A stretch of 62,942 nt of DNA from a virus (lineage: Duplodnaviria; Caudoviricetes). This document shows positions 9,317-20,288 of this stretch, piece after piece. The stretch lies in the IMG/VR virus record IMGVR_UViG_3300038314_001058, positions 1 through 62,942 of that record. One strand, 5' to 3'. The translations under genes and the position numbers were made by a program. Position 1 is the stretch's first letter. Every line of letters starts with the position of its first letter. The notes beneath the pieces are model-generated. The model was not told the origin of the DNA and did not search any database. It saw only the letters and a program-made list of their open reading frames with translations.

Positions 9317-12300
9317 ATGGCAACAGAGAATCTAGACATTGTCATCCGTGAGCGCGGAGCCCGTGTCGTACGTCGCAGGATCGAGGATATCGGTAGCACG
9401 GCCAGCCGTGCCTCCAAGGGTATCCATCTTCTTCAGCAAGCTGTGTTCGCTCTCGGTGCCGCTGGTACGGTCGCCTCCCTTGGGCGTATGCTGGACAGCC
9501 TGACGAACTTCGAGAACCGCCTCCGCCTCGTGACCAATAGCACGGCTGAGCTTGAAGCGGTTCAACAGTCTCTGTTCGGTATTGCCGAAAGGACGAGGTC
9601 TGAGTTCGAGTCAGTATCCGAGACCTATACGAGAGCGGCCCTTGCCCTCCGATCTCTCGGTTACACTCAGCAAGAGGTCCTCAACTACACTGAGCGACTG
9701 AGTAAGGCAGTGATCCTGTCTGGTGCGAGCGTTCGTGAAGCAAACGCCGCCATGATCCAGCTGTCGCAGGGTATGGCCTCTGGTCGCCTGAACGGTGAAG
9801 AACTTCGCTCTGTCTTGGAACAGCTTCCGTATGTCGCTGACGTCATCGGTCAAGAACTGGTGCGAATCGGTGAGATCTCCCGAGGCTCCTTGGGCGAGGA
9901 TGCCGTCATCAATGCCCAGACGCTGACAGAGGCAATGATCAATACTCGTGGTGAAATGCGAGCTCTTGGTGCCGACGGCAAGATCACTTCGCAGGTTATC
10001 ATTGATGCCTTCCGCAATGCTGGTGTTGAAATTGATTCTGCGTTCGCCCAAACCCAATCGACCATCGGTCAGGCGATCAGCGTTCTTCGTACGAACCTGC
10101 TCAGTACCCTAGATTCATTCGATGACGCAACCCAGTTCTCGGCCAGTCTGGCTGATGCGATCAGGGCGGTCTCCGATTCTCTCGATGTCCTTCTTCCACT
10201 GCTCGCAGCCTATGGTGTATCTGTGGCCGCAAGGTTCAGCGGAAACATCCTCCGTTCGACTATCAACGCTACCCGTCAGGAGCTTGCGTATCAGGCCGCT
10301 GTCCGGAATGGATCTGCCATTGTTCTCGGCTCTGTCCAAGCGAACGAAGCCAAGGCTGCGGCAGTCCTCGCTGAATCAAGAGCCAAGGCTGGTCTTGAGG
10401 CTCAGACAGTGAGGTATCTCACGACTCAGAAGGCTGAGATCGCTGCTCAGCTTCAGGCCCTCCGTGCTGATCAGGCGAGCATCGCTATCGACCGGTCGAA
10501 GCAGACTGCCGTCAGCACCCTTACCGGCCGGACGATCGAATATGACACCGCAGTCCGTCGCAACCTTCAGACGACGCAGGCTATCAACATCGCTGAGCAG
10601 AACCTTGTCTCCACCAAGCGCGCTCTGATCGCGGCGATGGGCGCTCAACGGAATGCGGCTATCACTCTGGCAGCAGATCAATCAAGAGCAGCGGCTGCGA
10701 CGGCGGCGGCGAACACCTTCGGTCAGCGTTTGATCCGCATCGTGCCGGGTCTCTCGCTAGTGGCCGCTGGTCTCAGGACCATCGTCTCCCTTCTGGGCGG
10801 TCCTGTCAGCGCCGCCTTTATCGCTGTGATCGGCATCATGGCCGTCTGGAGAAGCCGCTCCGAAGTGATCGAAGCCTCCACGAGAAGGCTGGAGTCGATT
10901 GCCAATGATGTCCGTGAGGCCTACGCTGGGGTCAACGGCGAGGTCGGAAATATCGCTGATAAGCTCAGCACGATCACTCGTGTTGAGGCTATGAGAGAAC
11001 TGACGAACCAGACGAATATTCTGAAATCCTCTCAAAGTGCCCTTGCTGCTGAACTCCAGAATGTCGGCGCGAGCTACGTGGCTCTTGGCGATCAGTATTT
11101 CGTGGAGCAGTTCCGAAACATGGCAGAGGAGGTTCGCAACGGCACGGCAAACCTCGATCAGCTTCGCAATCGCCTCTCTGGAATTGCGGAGACCTCTCCG
11201 TTCGAAGAGATCATCGTTGGTGCTATTGAGGCCAGCCGGGAGACCAGCACGGCAGAAGAGAACTTCCGCCTTGCCGAAGCGATTCTGGCAGTCCTGGATG
11301 GCACGGCCACAGGGGCGCAGCGCGCCCTCCTTGGGCTTAGTTCCGGAGCAGACACCGCCGCTGGCTCTGTTCGCAATCTGGGAAGTGCAGCCCTCGCAAG
11401 CATCAACGCTCTTCGCCAGCTGAAGGGTTTCATCCCCGAGCTTGACAAAGCCGCTCGTATGCAGGAGGATCTTGCAGAGGCCCAAAACCTATATACGATC
11501 GGTGTCAACCAAGCCCAGGAGAGGCTCGACTCCGGGGTCGGCAGTCTCGATCAGTATGCGGCAACTGTCGCAGAACTGGAGGAGACCTACAAGCGAGCTC
11601 GTGCAGAGATCGATGGCACCGCTGAGTCACAGCGTGAAGCCAACAAGGTCTTCGAAGAGTACAGCAACGACACCAACCTCCAGCTGATGGACGACCGGGC
11701 TCGTGCGATTCAGCTTGAGAAAGACAGCTACAACGAAGTTCGTGAAGCGATCGAAGGAACCGCTGGTGCTACCGAGCGGCTCGCAGCGCTTGAGTCCCAG
11801 CACTCCCAGCGTCTCCAGCAGATCAACAAAGACTTCGATGAAATGGAGGCGAAAGCTGGTGGTGGTGGCAAGAAAGGTGCCTCGGCGGCTGCTAAGAAGC
11901 TGAAAGAAGAACTCAAGGAGGTGAACAGCGTCCTCGAGTCCATCAAGGGTCCTGCTGATAACTACAACAGGACTCTGGAGATCCTGGACGAGCTTCTTGA
12001 GAAAGGAAAGATCAGCCAAGCGGAGTTCAACACAGCTACTCGTGACTCCCGCATCGCCTTCCTTGAGTCCCAGACCACGATGCAGGCTGGCTTCGAAAGC
12101 GGCTTCCTGAAGATCATTCAGAAGACCGAGGACGCTGCCTCGCAGATGGAGAACATCATCACCTCGGCCTTCGATGGGATGTCTAAGTCGATTGCTGATC
12201 TGGTGGTTGACGGTGAAGCAGACTTCAGCAGCCTCATCAAGAGCATCAACAAAATGATCATCCAGCTGGTGGTTTCGCAAGCCTTCCAGCAACTCTTCGG

Positions 12301-12673
12301 TGATCAAGCTGGTGTGAACGGAGGCGGCTTGTTCTCTAGCTTCTCCAGTGCCTTGGGTGGCATTGTGGACAGCGCCTTTGCGGGCCTCAGCGGAGCGCCC
12401 GGTGCGGCGGCTGGTGGCTCCTTTACTGTGGGTGCAGGGCAGGGCTTCGGAGGCCTGAGGGGCCACGACGACCGGCTGGTGCCGCTCCGTCTGAAGACCG
12501 GGGAGCACGTCGACATCACTCCGCGAGGCCAAGAGCCAAATCGTGGCGGTGGGGAGACCCATGTTCATAACTGGAACATCACCACTCCGAACGCTGAGTC
12601 GTTCCAGGCAAGCAGATCGCAAGTTTCGGCCCGTGCAGCACGAGCCGTCAGTATTGGACGGAGAAATATGTAA
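9317..12673 (+). CDS. Tape measure protein
   Basis: 1118 aa Ala-rich helical; tape-measure N-terminal motif QLSQGMASGRLNGEELRSVLEQ. Confidence 0.95.
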   Translation: MATENLDIVIRERGARVVRRRIEDIGSTASRASKGIHLLQQAVFALGAAGTVASLGRMLDSLTNFENRLRLVTNSTAELEAVQQSLFGIAERTRSEFESVSETYTRAALALRSLGYTQQEVLNYTERLSKAVILSGASVREANAAMIQLSQGMASGRLNGEELRSVLEQLPYVADVIGQELVRIGEISRGSLGEDAVINAQTLTEAMINTRGEMRALGADGKITSQVIIDAFRNAGVEIDSAFAQTQSTIGQAISVLRTNLLSTLDSFDDATQFSASLADAIRAVSDSLDVLLPLLAAYGVSVAARFSGNILRSTINATRQELAYQAAVRNGSAIVLGSVQANEAKAAAVLAESRAKAGLEAQTVRYLTTQKAEIAAQLQALRADQASIAIDRSKQTAVSTLTGRTIEYDTAVRRNLQTTQAINIAEQNLVSTKRALIAAMGAQRNAAITLAADQSRAAAATAAANTFGQRLIRIVPGLSLVAAGLRTIVSLLGGPVSAAFIAVIGIMAVWRSRSEVIEASTRRLESIANDVREAYAGVNGEVGNIADKLSTITRVEAMRELTNQTNILKSSQSALAAELQNVGASYVALGDQYFVEQFRNMAEEVRNGTANLDQLRNRLSGIAETSPFEEIIVGAIEASRETSTAEENFRLAEAILAVLDGTATGAQRALLGLSSGADTAAGSVRNLGSAALASINALRQLKGFIPELDKAARMQEDLAEAQNLYTIGVNQAQERLDSGVGSLDQYAATVAELEETYKRARAEIDGTAESQREANKVFEEYSNDTNLQLMDDRARAIQLEKDSYNEVREAIEGTAGATERLAALESQHSQRLQQINKDFDEMEAKAGGGGKKGASAAAKKLKEELKEVNSVLESIKGPADNYNRTLEILDELLEKGKISQAEFNTATRDSRIAFLESQTTMQAGFESGFLKIIQKTEDAASQMENIITSAFDGMSKSIADLVVDGEADFSSLIKSINKMIIQLVVSQAFQQLFGDQAGVNGGGLFSSFSSALGGIVDSAFAGLSGAPGAAAGGSFTVGAGQGFGGLRGHDDRLVPLRLKTGEHVDITPRGQEPNRGGGETHVHNWNITTPNAESFQASRSQVSARAARAVSIGRRNM

Positions 12674-13305
12674 TGGCCTTTCACGAGGTACAGTTCCCGA
12701 CATCTGTCAGCCGAGGGTCCACTGGTGGTCCTCGGCGTATGACTGACGTCATCGTCCTCCGTAGCGGTTTCGAGCAGCGCAACTCTCTTTGGGCGAACTC
12801 CCTCCGTCAGTATAACGCCGGTCTCGGGCTTCGCAGCATGGACGATCTGTATGCGACCCTTGACTTCTTCGAAGGTCGTCGCGGCCGTCTTCACGGGTTC
12901 CGGTTCAAGGACTGGGCTGACTACAAGTCTGTGAGTCCTCTGTCAACTATCACCAACCAAGATCAGCTTCTTGGAACAGGTGATGGCAGCGTGGTCAGTT
13001 TCCAGCTCAGGAAGCAGTATGATGCTGACGAGAACCCGTGGTATCGTAACATCACAAAGCCGATTGAAGGTAGTGTGGTCGTTGCCCTGAACTTCGCAGC
13101 CCAAGTGGAGGACACAGATTATACCGTCGACTACACGACCGGCGTCATCACCTTCGCGACCCCTCCTGCTGCCGGGGTCGCCGTCCGGGCTGGCTTTGAG
13201 TTCGATGTCCCGTGTCGTTTCGACCAAGATGAGATCATGGTAAACGTGGAGCTCTTTAGTTCCGGCAGCGTTCCTGACATCAACATCAAAGAGATTCGCA
13301 TATGA
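12673..13305 (+). CDS. Distal tail protein, RcGTA g12/DUF2460-like
   Basis: MAFHEVQFP...GGP...SGFEQRN..W and AGFEFDVPCRFD. Confidence 0.9.
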   Translation: MAFHEVQFPTSVSRGSTGGPRRMTDVIVLRSGFEQRNSLWANSLRQYNAGLGLRSMDDLYATLDFFEGRRGRLHGFRFKDWADYKSVSPLSTITNQDQLLGTGDGSVVSFQLRKQYDADENPWYRNITKPIEGSVVVALNFAAQVEDTDYTVDYTTGVITFATPPAAGVAVRAGFEFDVPCRFDQDEIMVNVELFSSGSVPDINIKEIRI

Positions 13306-14765
13306 CCAAGGATATCTCGACAGCACTTCAGGATCACCTCAACAGTGGAACCACGACGATGGTTCACTGCTGGAAGCTCACTCGCGATGTTGTGGCAGCG
13401 GCCTTCTTCCCTCCTGACTTCTCTGGAGCTCTCCTTCATCCCCTCAACGTGGCTGGAAACCCGGCCCCGAATTATTCCGGAGGTGTGACCCCCGGCGAGG
13501 GGTGGAAGATCCAGAGCCTCTTTGCAAATCCCGATTTCGAGAACGACATCGTTCTTGATCCATATCTTCTCAACCTTCAGGACAACTCTGAAGGATACTG
13601 CGCCAGCTTTGATATCGATCTATCTGAAGTTCCACTCGGCACTGTTTTCGATTTCAGCTTTCTCCAGACGAACACAGCGAACGTCGGAACTGTCGTGGAC
13701 GCGCAGAGCTATCTTCGTGTCTATACACAGGCCGATCTTGACGGCGCGACCCTCGGCGGTCTTCGTGTTGATGACTGGACCACCGTATCCAGCATCGATC
13801 TGGACTTCGGGACACCGAGCACCTACACTCACAATCACACCTTCACCCACAGTGATCCGAACCATATCATCCTGCGTCTGATGATCATTCTCGACAACAA
13901 GGGCAGTGACTTTGTCAATCGTCAGGCGCGGTACGACACCCTCAACATGACAGCCGATCCCAGCCTCGATGGTGACACCACGGCTGTTCTTGGCTTCACT
14001 GAGTGCGACATTCCTCTGACCTTCGATGATCTGACCTACGAGCCGACCTCCGGCTTCACTGCCTCCAAGGTGGACGCCTCTCTTGGGCTTGCAGTCGACA
14101 ACCTGGAAGTGGAGGGCATCTTTCGGTCTGACGCTATCACTGAAGAAGCTTTGGCCCGAGGTGACTTTGACGGGGCGACTGTTGATCTGTATTGGGTGAA
14201 CTTCGAAGACGTTAGTCAGAGGACCCTGCTCAGTTCCGGAACCCTCGGTGAGATTCGTCGTACCGAGTTTGGCTTCACAACTGAGATCAGGTCCAAAGCC
14301 CAGAAGATGCAGCAGCAGACCGGTCGGCTCTACTCCAAGACCTGCGATGCGGTGTTCGGGGATGAGCGCTGTGGTTACAACGTAGAGAACGCCACCTCAG
14401 GGGGATCGGTGGTATCCTCGACAGGCGACCGGGTGCTGACAACGACTGGTGTCTCTGACGATGAGAACGATGTCTATACGTTTGGTCTGCTTACCTTCAC
14501 CTCTGGTCAGAACAGTGGCAAGAGCTTTGAGGTCAAGAACCATACGACTGGCCGGGTCGCCCTCTGGGAGAAAACCCCGTTCCCTATTGCTGATGGTGAT
14601 ACATTCTCTATTCGCCAAGGATGCAACAAGTATGCGAGCACCTGCGCCTCGAAGTTCTCAAACATCAGGAACTTCCGGGGGTTCAACTATATCCCTGGAA
14701 GCGACACCCTCACAAGGAGCGCCAAGAAGGACGGCTCTCAGAAAGGCCAGAGTATCTACAAATGA
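13302..14765 (+). CDS. Baseplate hub, RcGTA g13/DUF2163-like, with a ~199-aa insertion
   Basis: CWKLTRD...VLGFTECD, GLAVDNLEVEG, CDAVFGDERC, GCNK..STC..KFSN..NFRGF. Confidence 0.85.
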   Translation: MTKDISTALQDHLNSGTTTMVHCWKLTRDVVAAAFFPPDFSGALLHPLNVAGNPAPNYSGGVTPGEGWKIQSLFANPDFENDIVLDPYLLNLQDNSEGYCASFDIDLSEVPLGTVFDFSFLQTNTANVGTVVDAQSYLRVYTQADLDGATLGGLRVDDWTTVSSIDLDFGTPSTYTHNHTFTHSDPNHIILRLMIILDNKGSDFVNRQARYDTLNMTADPSLDGDTTAVLGFTECDIPLTFDDLTYEPTSGFTASKVDASLGLAVDNLEVEGIFRSDAITEEALARGDFDGATVDLYWVNFEDVSQRTLLSSGTLGEIRRTEFGFTTEIRSKAQKMQQQTGRLYSKTCDAVFGDERCGYNVENATSGGSVVSSTGDRVLTTTGVSDDENDVYTFGLLTFTSGQNSGKSFEVKNHTTGRVALWEKTPFPIADGDTFSIRQGCNKYASTCASKFSNIRNFRGFNYIPGSDTLTRSAKKDGSQKGQSIYK

Positions 14766-15175
14766 ATGAACGCCTGAATGAGATTGCCCGTAGCTGGATC
14801 GGGACACCCTACCGGCATCAGATGAGTAAGAAGGGCGTAGGTTGCGACTGCCTCGGACTTCTGACCGGTTGCTGGCGGGAGTACTACACAGGGTCGGACC
14901 CTGAGTGGGTCCCGCCATACAGCCCGACATGGGGTGAGCACCGGCGGGACGACCCGTTTCTTGCTATTGCCAAGAGACACATGGACGGGGTAAGCTGCCT
15001 GGAGCAAGCGGACGTTCTTATCTTCCGTATGCGCCCGTCTGTCGCAATCAAACACGTCGCTGTCTACACAGGAAACGGAACGATCATTCACGCCTACAGT
15101 CGCCACGAGGTGCGTGAAGAACCGTATACCAGATTCTGGTCGTCAAAGATGGCAGGGAAATTCAGGTTTAGATAA
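14762..15175 (+). CDS. NlpC/P60 peptidase, RcGTA g14-like
   Basis: ARSWIGTPYRHQ...GCDCLGL, KHVAV, IIHAY. Confidence 0.9.
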   Translation: MNERLNEIARSWIGTPYRHQMSKKGVGCDCLGLLTGCWREYYTGSDPEWVPPYSPTWGEHRRDDPFLAIAKRHMDGVSCLEQADVLIFRMRPSVAIKHVAVYTGNGTIIHAYSRHEVREEPYTRFWSSKMAGKFRFR

Positions 15176-18100
15176 TGGCAACTCTGCTCCTCACTTCAGC
15201 CGTCGCTGCATCGAGCCTGACCGGCTTTTCACTATTCGCAGCAAGTCTGGCGGCTGGTGTGGTCGGGAGTTTCATTGACAACCGCCTGTTCGCACAGAAC
15301 TTCGAACAGGAAGGTCCCCGCCTTGAGAATATGAACCTCTCTGTGTCTACAGAGGGGACCCCCATCAAGAGGCTATTCGGCAAAGCGCGAACAGGTGGGA
15401 ACATCATCTGGGTGACTCACTTTCGTGAAAAGAAGAACAAGAAGAAGGAGTCTGGTGGTAAGGGTGGAGGTGGAAGCTCGACCACGATCACGACCTACAC
15501 CTACTTCATCAACTTCGCTGTGGCCTTCTGCGAGGGTAGAGAGGGCGTCTCCCTCGGGCGTATGTGGGCTGATGGTGAGCTCATGGACACCAGCGATGTG
15601 ACCTTCAGGTTCTACGATGGATCTGAGACCCAAGAGCCTGATCCCCTCATCCAGTCGATTGAGGGTTCGTCGGAAGTCTCTGCCTATCGAGGGACCGCCT
15701 ACGTCGTGTTCGAAGACCTCGCTCTCGCGAAGTATGGCAATCGCATTCCTCAGATCACTGCTGAACTGAATGTTCCTCTGCTCGAGGAAGGGACCATGGA
15801 AACGCTGATCGAGAGCGTCAACCTGATCCCGTCTACTGGTGAGCAGGCATATGGCGTAACTCCAGCCTTCCGCGAGTCTGGTGGTGAGGTCGTGTTCTCC
15901 AACACCAACCTGAATTCGGAGAAGAGTGACTTCGTAATTTCCATGGAGCAGCTTCGTGCTGGGCTCCCAAACACTGACAGCCTCAACCTTGTTATTTCGT
16001 GGTTCGGTACTGATCTCCGGCTCGGTTCTTGTAGGGTACTGCCCAAGGTGGAGTTCTACCCCTCCCTTGGTGATTCCGCTTTCGGTCAAATTCTGATCGG
16101 CGGTCTCTACGGAGTAAAAGGCAATCAGGACGAAGACACTTGGGATGTTAGTGGTGTCACTCGGGCTACCGCTCAGCGGGTCTCCTATGACCCTGATGGA
16201 AATCCCTACTTTGGTGGCACACCGACTGACTGGTCCGTGGCGGAGTGCATCCAGCACACGATGGATGTCGAAGACATGGGGGTCCATTTCTACCCGTTCA
16301 TTCTCATGGACATTCCGCCGAATAACAGTCTTCCCAACATCGATGGGGTCGGATCGTCCCAGCCAGCCTTCCCGTGGCGCGGTCGCATGTATACTTCCAC
16401 CCCTTCGGTTGACCAGACCTCTGATGCCGCCGACGAGATGGATGCTTTCTTCGGCAACGTGACGCTCAGTGATTTCACTGTTACGGTAGTCGATGGGATT
16501 CCTCTTCCTATCTACACCGGCCTTGCTGTAGATTTCGGTTATCGGCGAATGGTTCTCCATTACGCTCTCCTCTGCGCTTTGGCTGCTTCTGAGTCACAAA
16601 ATCCACAGAACCTCAAGACCTTCTACGTTGGCACCGAACTGGTCGGCATCAACAGGGTTCGTGACGAGAATGGTGTCTATGTTGGAACGGCTCATCTAAA
16701 CACACTGATTGATGAGGTGCGAGCCCTCTTCGACAGCTATGGCCTCACCGATACCGAGGTTAGTTATGCTGCCGACTGGAGTGAGTATCATTCTCACCAA
16801 GACGGCACTGGTGATCTGAACTTCCCGTTGGACACAATCTGGTCGAACCCGAACTGCGGTCACATTGCGATTGACAACTACCTCCCGATCAGTGATTGGA
16901 GAGACGGAACTGATCATGACGACTACGGGACCGGTGTCGATGTCTATGGTCGGCCCAAGGCTGTGACCATCTACGATCTGGCATATCTCAAAGGTCAGGT
17001 CGAGGGTGGTGAATACTACGACTATTTCTACGCCAGCCAAGCTGACCGTGAAGCGCAGATTCGCACTGACATCTTCGACGGGACCTACGGTAAGGACTGG
17101 GTCTTCCGCACGAAAGACATCAGCAACTGGTGGACCAATCTGCACTACGAGCGTGTCGCGAACGTGGAGAACAGCACTCCCACCGGCTGGACCCCCGGTC
17201 TGAAGCGAATCCGCTTCTCTGAGTTTGGTTGCGCCTGTGCCGATAAGACCACCAACCAGCCGAACGTCTTCGTTGACCCGAAGTCCTCGGAGAGTTTCCT
17301 GCCGTACTTCTCCAACGGCAATCGTGACGACAAGATTCAACGTCTGTACTACAAGGCGATGATCGAGTATTGGCGTGACAATTCGCCCTCCTTGGGCGGG
17401 GTGACTATGCTGGTTCCAAACGAGATGTGCGCATGGACATGGGACGCTCGTCCCTACCCTGTGTTTCCCTTCCGTCAAGACATCTGGTCGGATGGTGAGA
17501 ACTGGCGTCTTGGGCACTGGCTCAATGGACGAGTCGGTGCTAGCTCGGTCGCGAAAGTGGTCAAGGAGATCTGCTCTTGGGTCGGTCTCACTGAAGACGA
17601 CATTGATGTCTCTGAACTGGAATCGCGTGGCGGTATCGTTAGCGGCTATGTGGTTGACTCTCAGATGTCTCCCAGGAGCGCCATTGATCCTCTAAGCAAT
17701 GCTTTCATGTTCGACTCTTTCGAGAGTCAAGGTAAGATCAAGTTCAAGCTCCGCGAACTGGTGGAGTTTGAAGAACTGTCACCTGAAGATTTCGTGGCAA
17801 AAGACCAGATGCCGTCTGGATATGAGATCACCCGTCGTCAAGAAGTCGAGCTCCCCGCGACCGCTTCTGTTTCGTTCATCAATGAAGCAGACGAGTATCA
17901 GGTCGGCACCGCAACAGGTAGTCGTCAGAACACCATCAGCAAGACTACAGTGGAAACCCGGTATCCAATCGTATTTACGGTTGCAGAAGCGAAAGTTCTG
18001 GCTGAGACGATCATTCAGGAAACATGGGCTGCTCGTGAGAGTATCACCTACTTCCTGCCGCCGAGTTACGTCTACCTGGATCCCGGAGACGGGGTAGAGA

Positions 18101-19182
18101 TCACGATTAATGGCAACGAGAACAAGTTTCGCCTCACTGGTACGACCAAGGGCGAAGACTTGGAAATGAATGCCGATAAGATCGATACCACGATCTATGA
18201 CGCTGTCGCACCAGCCTATGAGACCAACTCCACCCAGACTGTGACCACGATGGGTCGCACCACTGCATACTTCATGGACCTGCCTCTCGTGACAGGTGAT
18301 GAGCCTCGCCCTTGGGCTCCTCGTGTGGTTGCCACTCAAGATCCGTTCCCAGAATCTGTGGTCTTCTATGAGGTGCTGGACGGAGGGGACACTCTGGTTG
18401 AGACGCTTCAGATCACAGAACCCGCTGGAACTGGTGTTCTGACGCAGGTCCTCCCTCGGGGACCTCATGAGATCCTTGACGAGGGTAATGTGCTCACCGT
18501 CGAAATGTTCGCCACCAGTGAGGCCCCTGTCAGTCTTTCTGAGACCGAGGTTCGCAATGGGGCAAACGCGATCGCTGTTCAGACGAGCAGCGGTCAGTGG
18601 GAGATCATCAAGTACATCGAAGCCCAAGGGACTGGAGGCAACGTCTACGAGTTGACTCGCCTCTTCCGGGGTCAGCTTGGCACTTGGCCGATCATGGATG
18701 ACGAGATCGCTATCGGTGCCCCTGTGGTGTTCCTGGACGAGGAGACGATCAGTGTTCTGCCGCTGCCCTCCGAGAGAAAGCTGGATGTCACTGAATGGCG
18801 CTATGGGCCGAACACCTACGGCCCTGCGAGCTCTTACTACAAGAACACCGTCCACGAGGGCCTGCCGGTCGCCGAGCTTCCCTATCCCGTGGCCGACGTT
18901 CAGTTCCAGCGCATCACGATGAATGACACTCGGATCACCTGGAAACGCCAGACCAGATATGGCGGTGGTGACTTCGATCTCGCCACGGTTCCTCTTAACG
19001 AGGATGAGGAGCGCTATGAAATTGATTTACTTACGTCCGGTGACGTGCTAATTGATACCGTAGAGGTCACGTCTCCTCAGTACACCTTCGTTGGAGCGCC
19101 TGCCAACTTCAAGGCGCGAATCTATCAAATGTCACTCTCTGTTGGTAGAGGGCGACCAGTGACCGAGCAGAGTCCGTTCTAA
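15175..19182 (+). CDS. Baseplate multidomain protein (megatron), RcGTA g15-like with GTA TIM-barrel
   Basis: EGPRL, AYRGTAYVVFEDL, SYAADWSEY, IDNYLPISDWRDG, WTWDARPYP, GHWLNGR. Confidence 0.92.
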   Translation: MATLLLTSAVAASSLTGFSLFAASLAAGVVGSFIDNRLFAQNFEQEGPRLENMNLSVSTEGTPIKRLFGKARTGGNIIWVTHFREKKNKKKESGGKGGGGSSTTITTYTYFINFAVAFCEGREGVSLGRMWADGELMDTSDVTFRFYDGSETQEPDPLIQSIEGSSEVSAYRGTAYVVFEDLALAKYGNRIPQITAELNVPLLEEGTMETLIESVNLIPSTGEQAYGVTPAFRESGGEVVFSNTNLNSEKSDFVISMEQLRAGLPNTDSLNLVISWFGTDLRLGSCRVLPKVEFYPSLGDSAFGQILIGGLYGVKGNQDEDTWDVSGVTRATAQRVSYDPDGNPYFGGTPTDWSVAECIQHTMDVEDMGVHFYPFILMDIPPNNSLPNIDGVGSSQPAFPWRGRMYTSTPSVDQTSDAADEMDAFFGNVTLSDFTVTVVDGIPLPIYTGLAVDFGYRRMVLHYALLCALAASESQNPQNLKTFYVGTELVGINRVRDENGVYVGTAHLNTLIDEVRALFDSYGLTDTEVSYAADWSEYHSHQDGTGDLNFPLDTIWSNPNCGHIAIDNYLPISDWRDGTDHDDYGTGVDVYGRPKAVTIYDLAYLKGQVEGGEYYDYFYASQADREAQIRTDIFDGTYGKDWVFRTKDISNWWTNLHYERVANVENSTPTGWTPGLKRIRFSEFGCACADKTTNQPNVFVDPKSSESFLPYFSNGNRDDKIQRLYYKAMIEYWRDNSPSLGGVTMLVPNEMCAWTWDARPYPVFPFRQDIWSDGENWRLGHWLNGRVGASSVAKVVKEICSWVGLTEDDIDVSELESRGGIVSGYVVDSQMSPRSAIDPLSNAFMFDSFESQGKIKFKLRELVEFEELSPEDFVAKDQMPSGYEITRRQEVELPATASVSFINEADEYQVGTATGSRQNTISKTTVETRYPIVFTVAEAKVLAETIIQETWAARESITYFLPPSYVYLDPGDGVEITINGNENKFRLTGTTKGEDLEMNADKIDTTIYDAVAPAYETNSTQTVTTMGRTTAYFMDLPLVTGDEPRPWAPRVVATQDPFPESVVFYEVLDGGDTLVETLQITEPAGTGVLTQVLPRGPHEILDEGNVLTVEMFATSEAPVSLSETEVRNGANAIAVQTSSGQWEIIKYIEAQGTGGNVYELTRLFRGQLGTWPIMDDEIAIGAPVVFLDEETISVLPLPSERKLDVTEWRYGPNTYGPASSYYKNTVHEGLPVAELPYPVADVQFQRITMNDTRITWKRQTRYGGGDFDLATVPLNEDEERYEIDLLTSGDVLIDTVEVTSPQYTFVGAPANFKARIYQMSLSVGRGRPVTEQSPF

Positions 19183-20288
19183 TGGCAACAGCGAACCTCA
19201 ATCTCCCTGAACTTGGTGCTTCTCAGAACCAGAAGTATCTCACGGTGAACACCGCGTTCAACTATCTGGATGGCCTGATCCAGCTGTCCGTTCTGAGCCG
19301 CACGATCAACATTCCCCCGGCAAGCCCAAGTGAAGGCGACCGGTACATCATCGGTCCCGCACCGACTGGCATCTGGTCTGGGCTGGCTGGCCGAGTGGCG
19401 ATCTTCATCGGCACCGCTTGGCAGTTCTTCACGCCTCAGGATGGTTGGCAGGCTTTCGATATCGCTGCCGGTGAGTATCTGCTCTATCAGGGGACATGGC
19501 AGTCCATCGGGAACTTCCTCAGCGGGACTTTCATGCCTGTCGGTGGCACCACGATCACGGCCGACTTCACAGTGACATACGGTTCCAGCGTCTTTGAACT
19601 GAATGAGTTCGGCTTGGGCCTCAATGCCTCAGCCGATGCTTCGAACCAGTTCACCTTCTATGGGCAGAACGTCCTCTTCAATTCGCCCGACAGCATTTCT
19701 CAGGTGTTCAACAAGAACGGAGTGGGTGACGACGCGAGATTCACTTTCCAGCAGGGTTTCACGACATACGCTCTGATGGGCCTCCTTGGTGATAATAACT
19801 TCACAATCAAGGTCGGAACCAGTGGGGCCACGGCCCTCATCGCCCATGAGGAGACAGGTGCAGTCGAATTGCCACAGAACCCGAAGTTCGAGGGGAACTG
19901 CAATTACGATCAATACAACGCTGCTGACGTGTGGTTCAAAGTTGACATCAACAACATGATCCACAACGATTGGTCTGCTGTCACGACCGGCGTGTTCACT
20001 GCTCCCCATGCTGGATACTACAACTTCGGCGGTGGGATCACCCATAAGCTGAACGGGACTGCTCCGACCTATATGGCTGTCGGGATCAGCATCAACGGGG
20101 CGGCTCCGGTCGGTCGCACCATTCAGAAGTACACCGCAGATATGACCGATGGGGAGGCATCGGTTCAAACGACTGCACTTCTTAAGCTCGCTGCAAACGA
20201 TACAGTGGAGCTTCAAGCCTTCTTCGCAACGAATGACGGATACGTCGAAGCGAGCACGAACTACTTCTGGGGCTTCGAAGTACCTTGA
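19182..20288 (+). CDS. Tail fibre/receptor-binding protein (DUF2793 N-terminus, C1q-like C-terminus)
   Basis: LNLPEL..SQNQKY.TVN.A...LDGL.QL; C-terminal GVFTAPHAGYYNF...LKLAANDTVEL. Confidence 0.8.
   Translation: MATANLNLPELGASQNQKYLTVNTAFNYLDGLIQLSVLSRTINIPPASPSEGDRYIIGPAPTGIWSGLAGRVAIFIGTAWQFFTPQDGWQAFDIAAGEYLLYQGTWQSIGNFLSGTFMPVGGTTITADFTVTYGSSVFELNEFGLGLNASADASNQFTFYGQNVLFNSPDSISQVFNKNGVGDDARFTFQQGFTTYALMGLLGDNNFTIKVGTSGATALIAHEETGAVELPQNPKFEGNCNYDQYNAADVWFKVDINNMIHNDWSAVTTGVFTAPHAGYYNFGGGITHKLNGTAPTYMAVGISINGAAPVGRTIQKYTADMTDGEASVQTTALLKLAANDTVELQAFFATNDGYVEASTNYFWGFEVP

Noticed and set aside
13389-13985. Intein or intron in the hub gene
   Set aside because: No N-terminal Cys/Ser with C-terminal His-Asn, no homing endonuclease motif, and the frame is open
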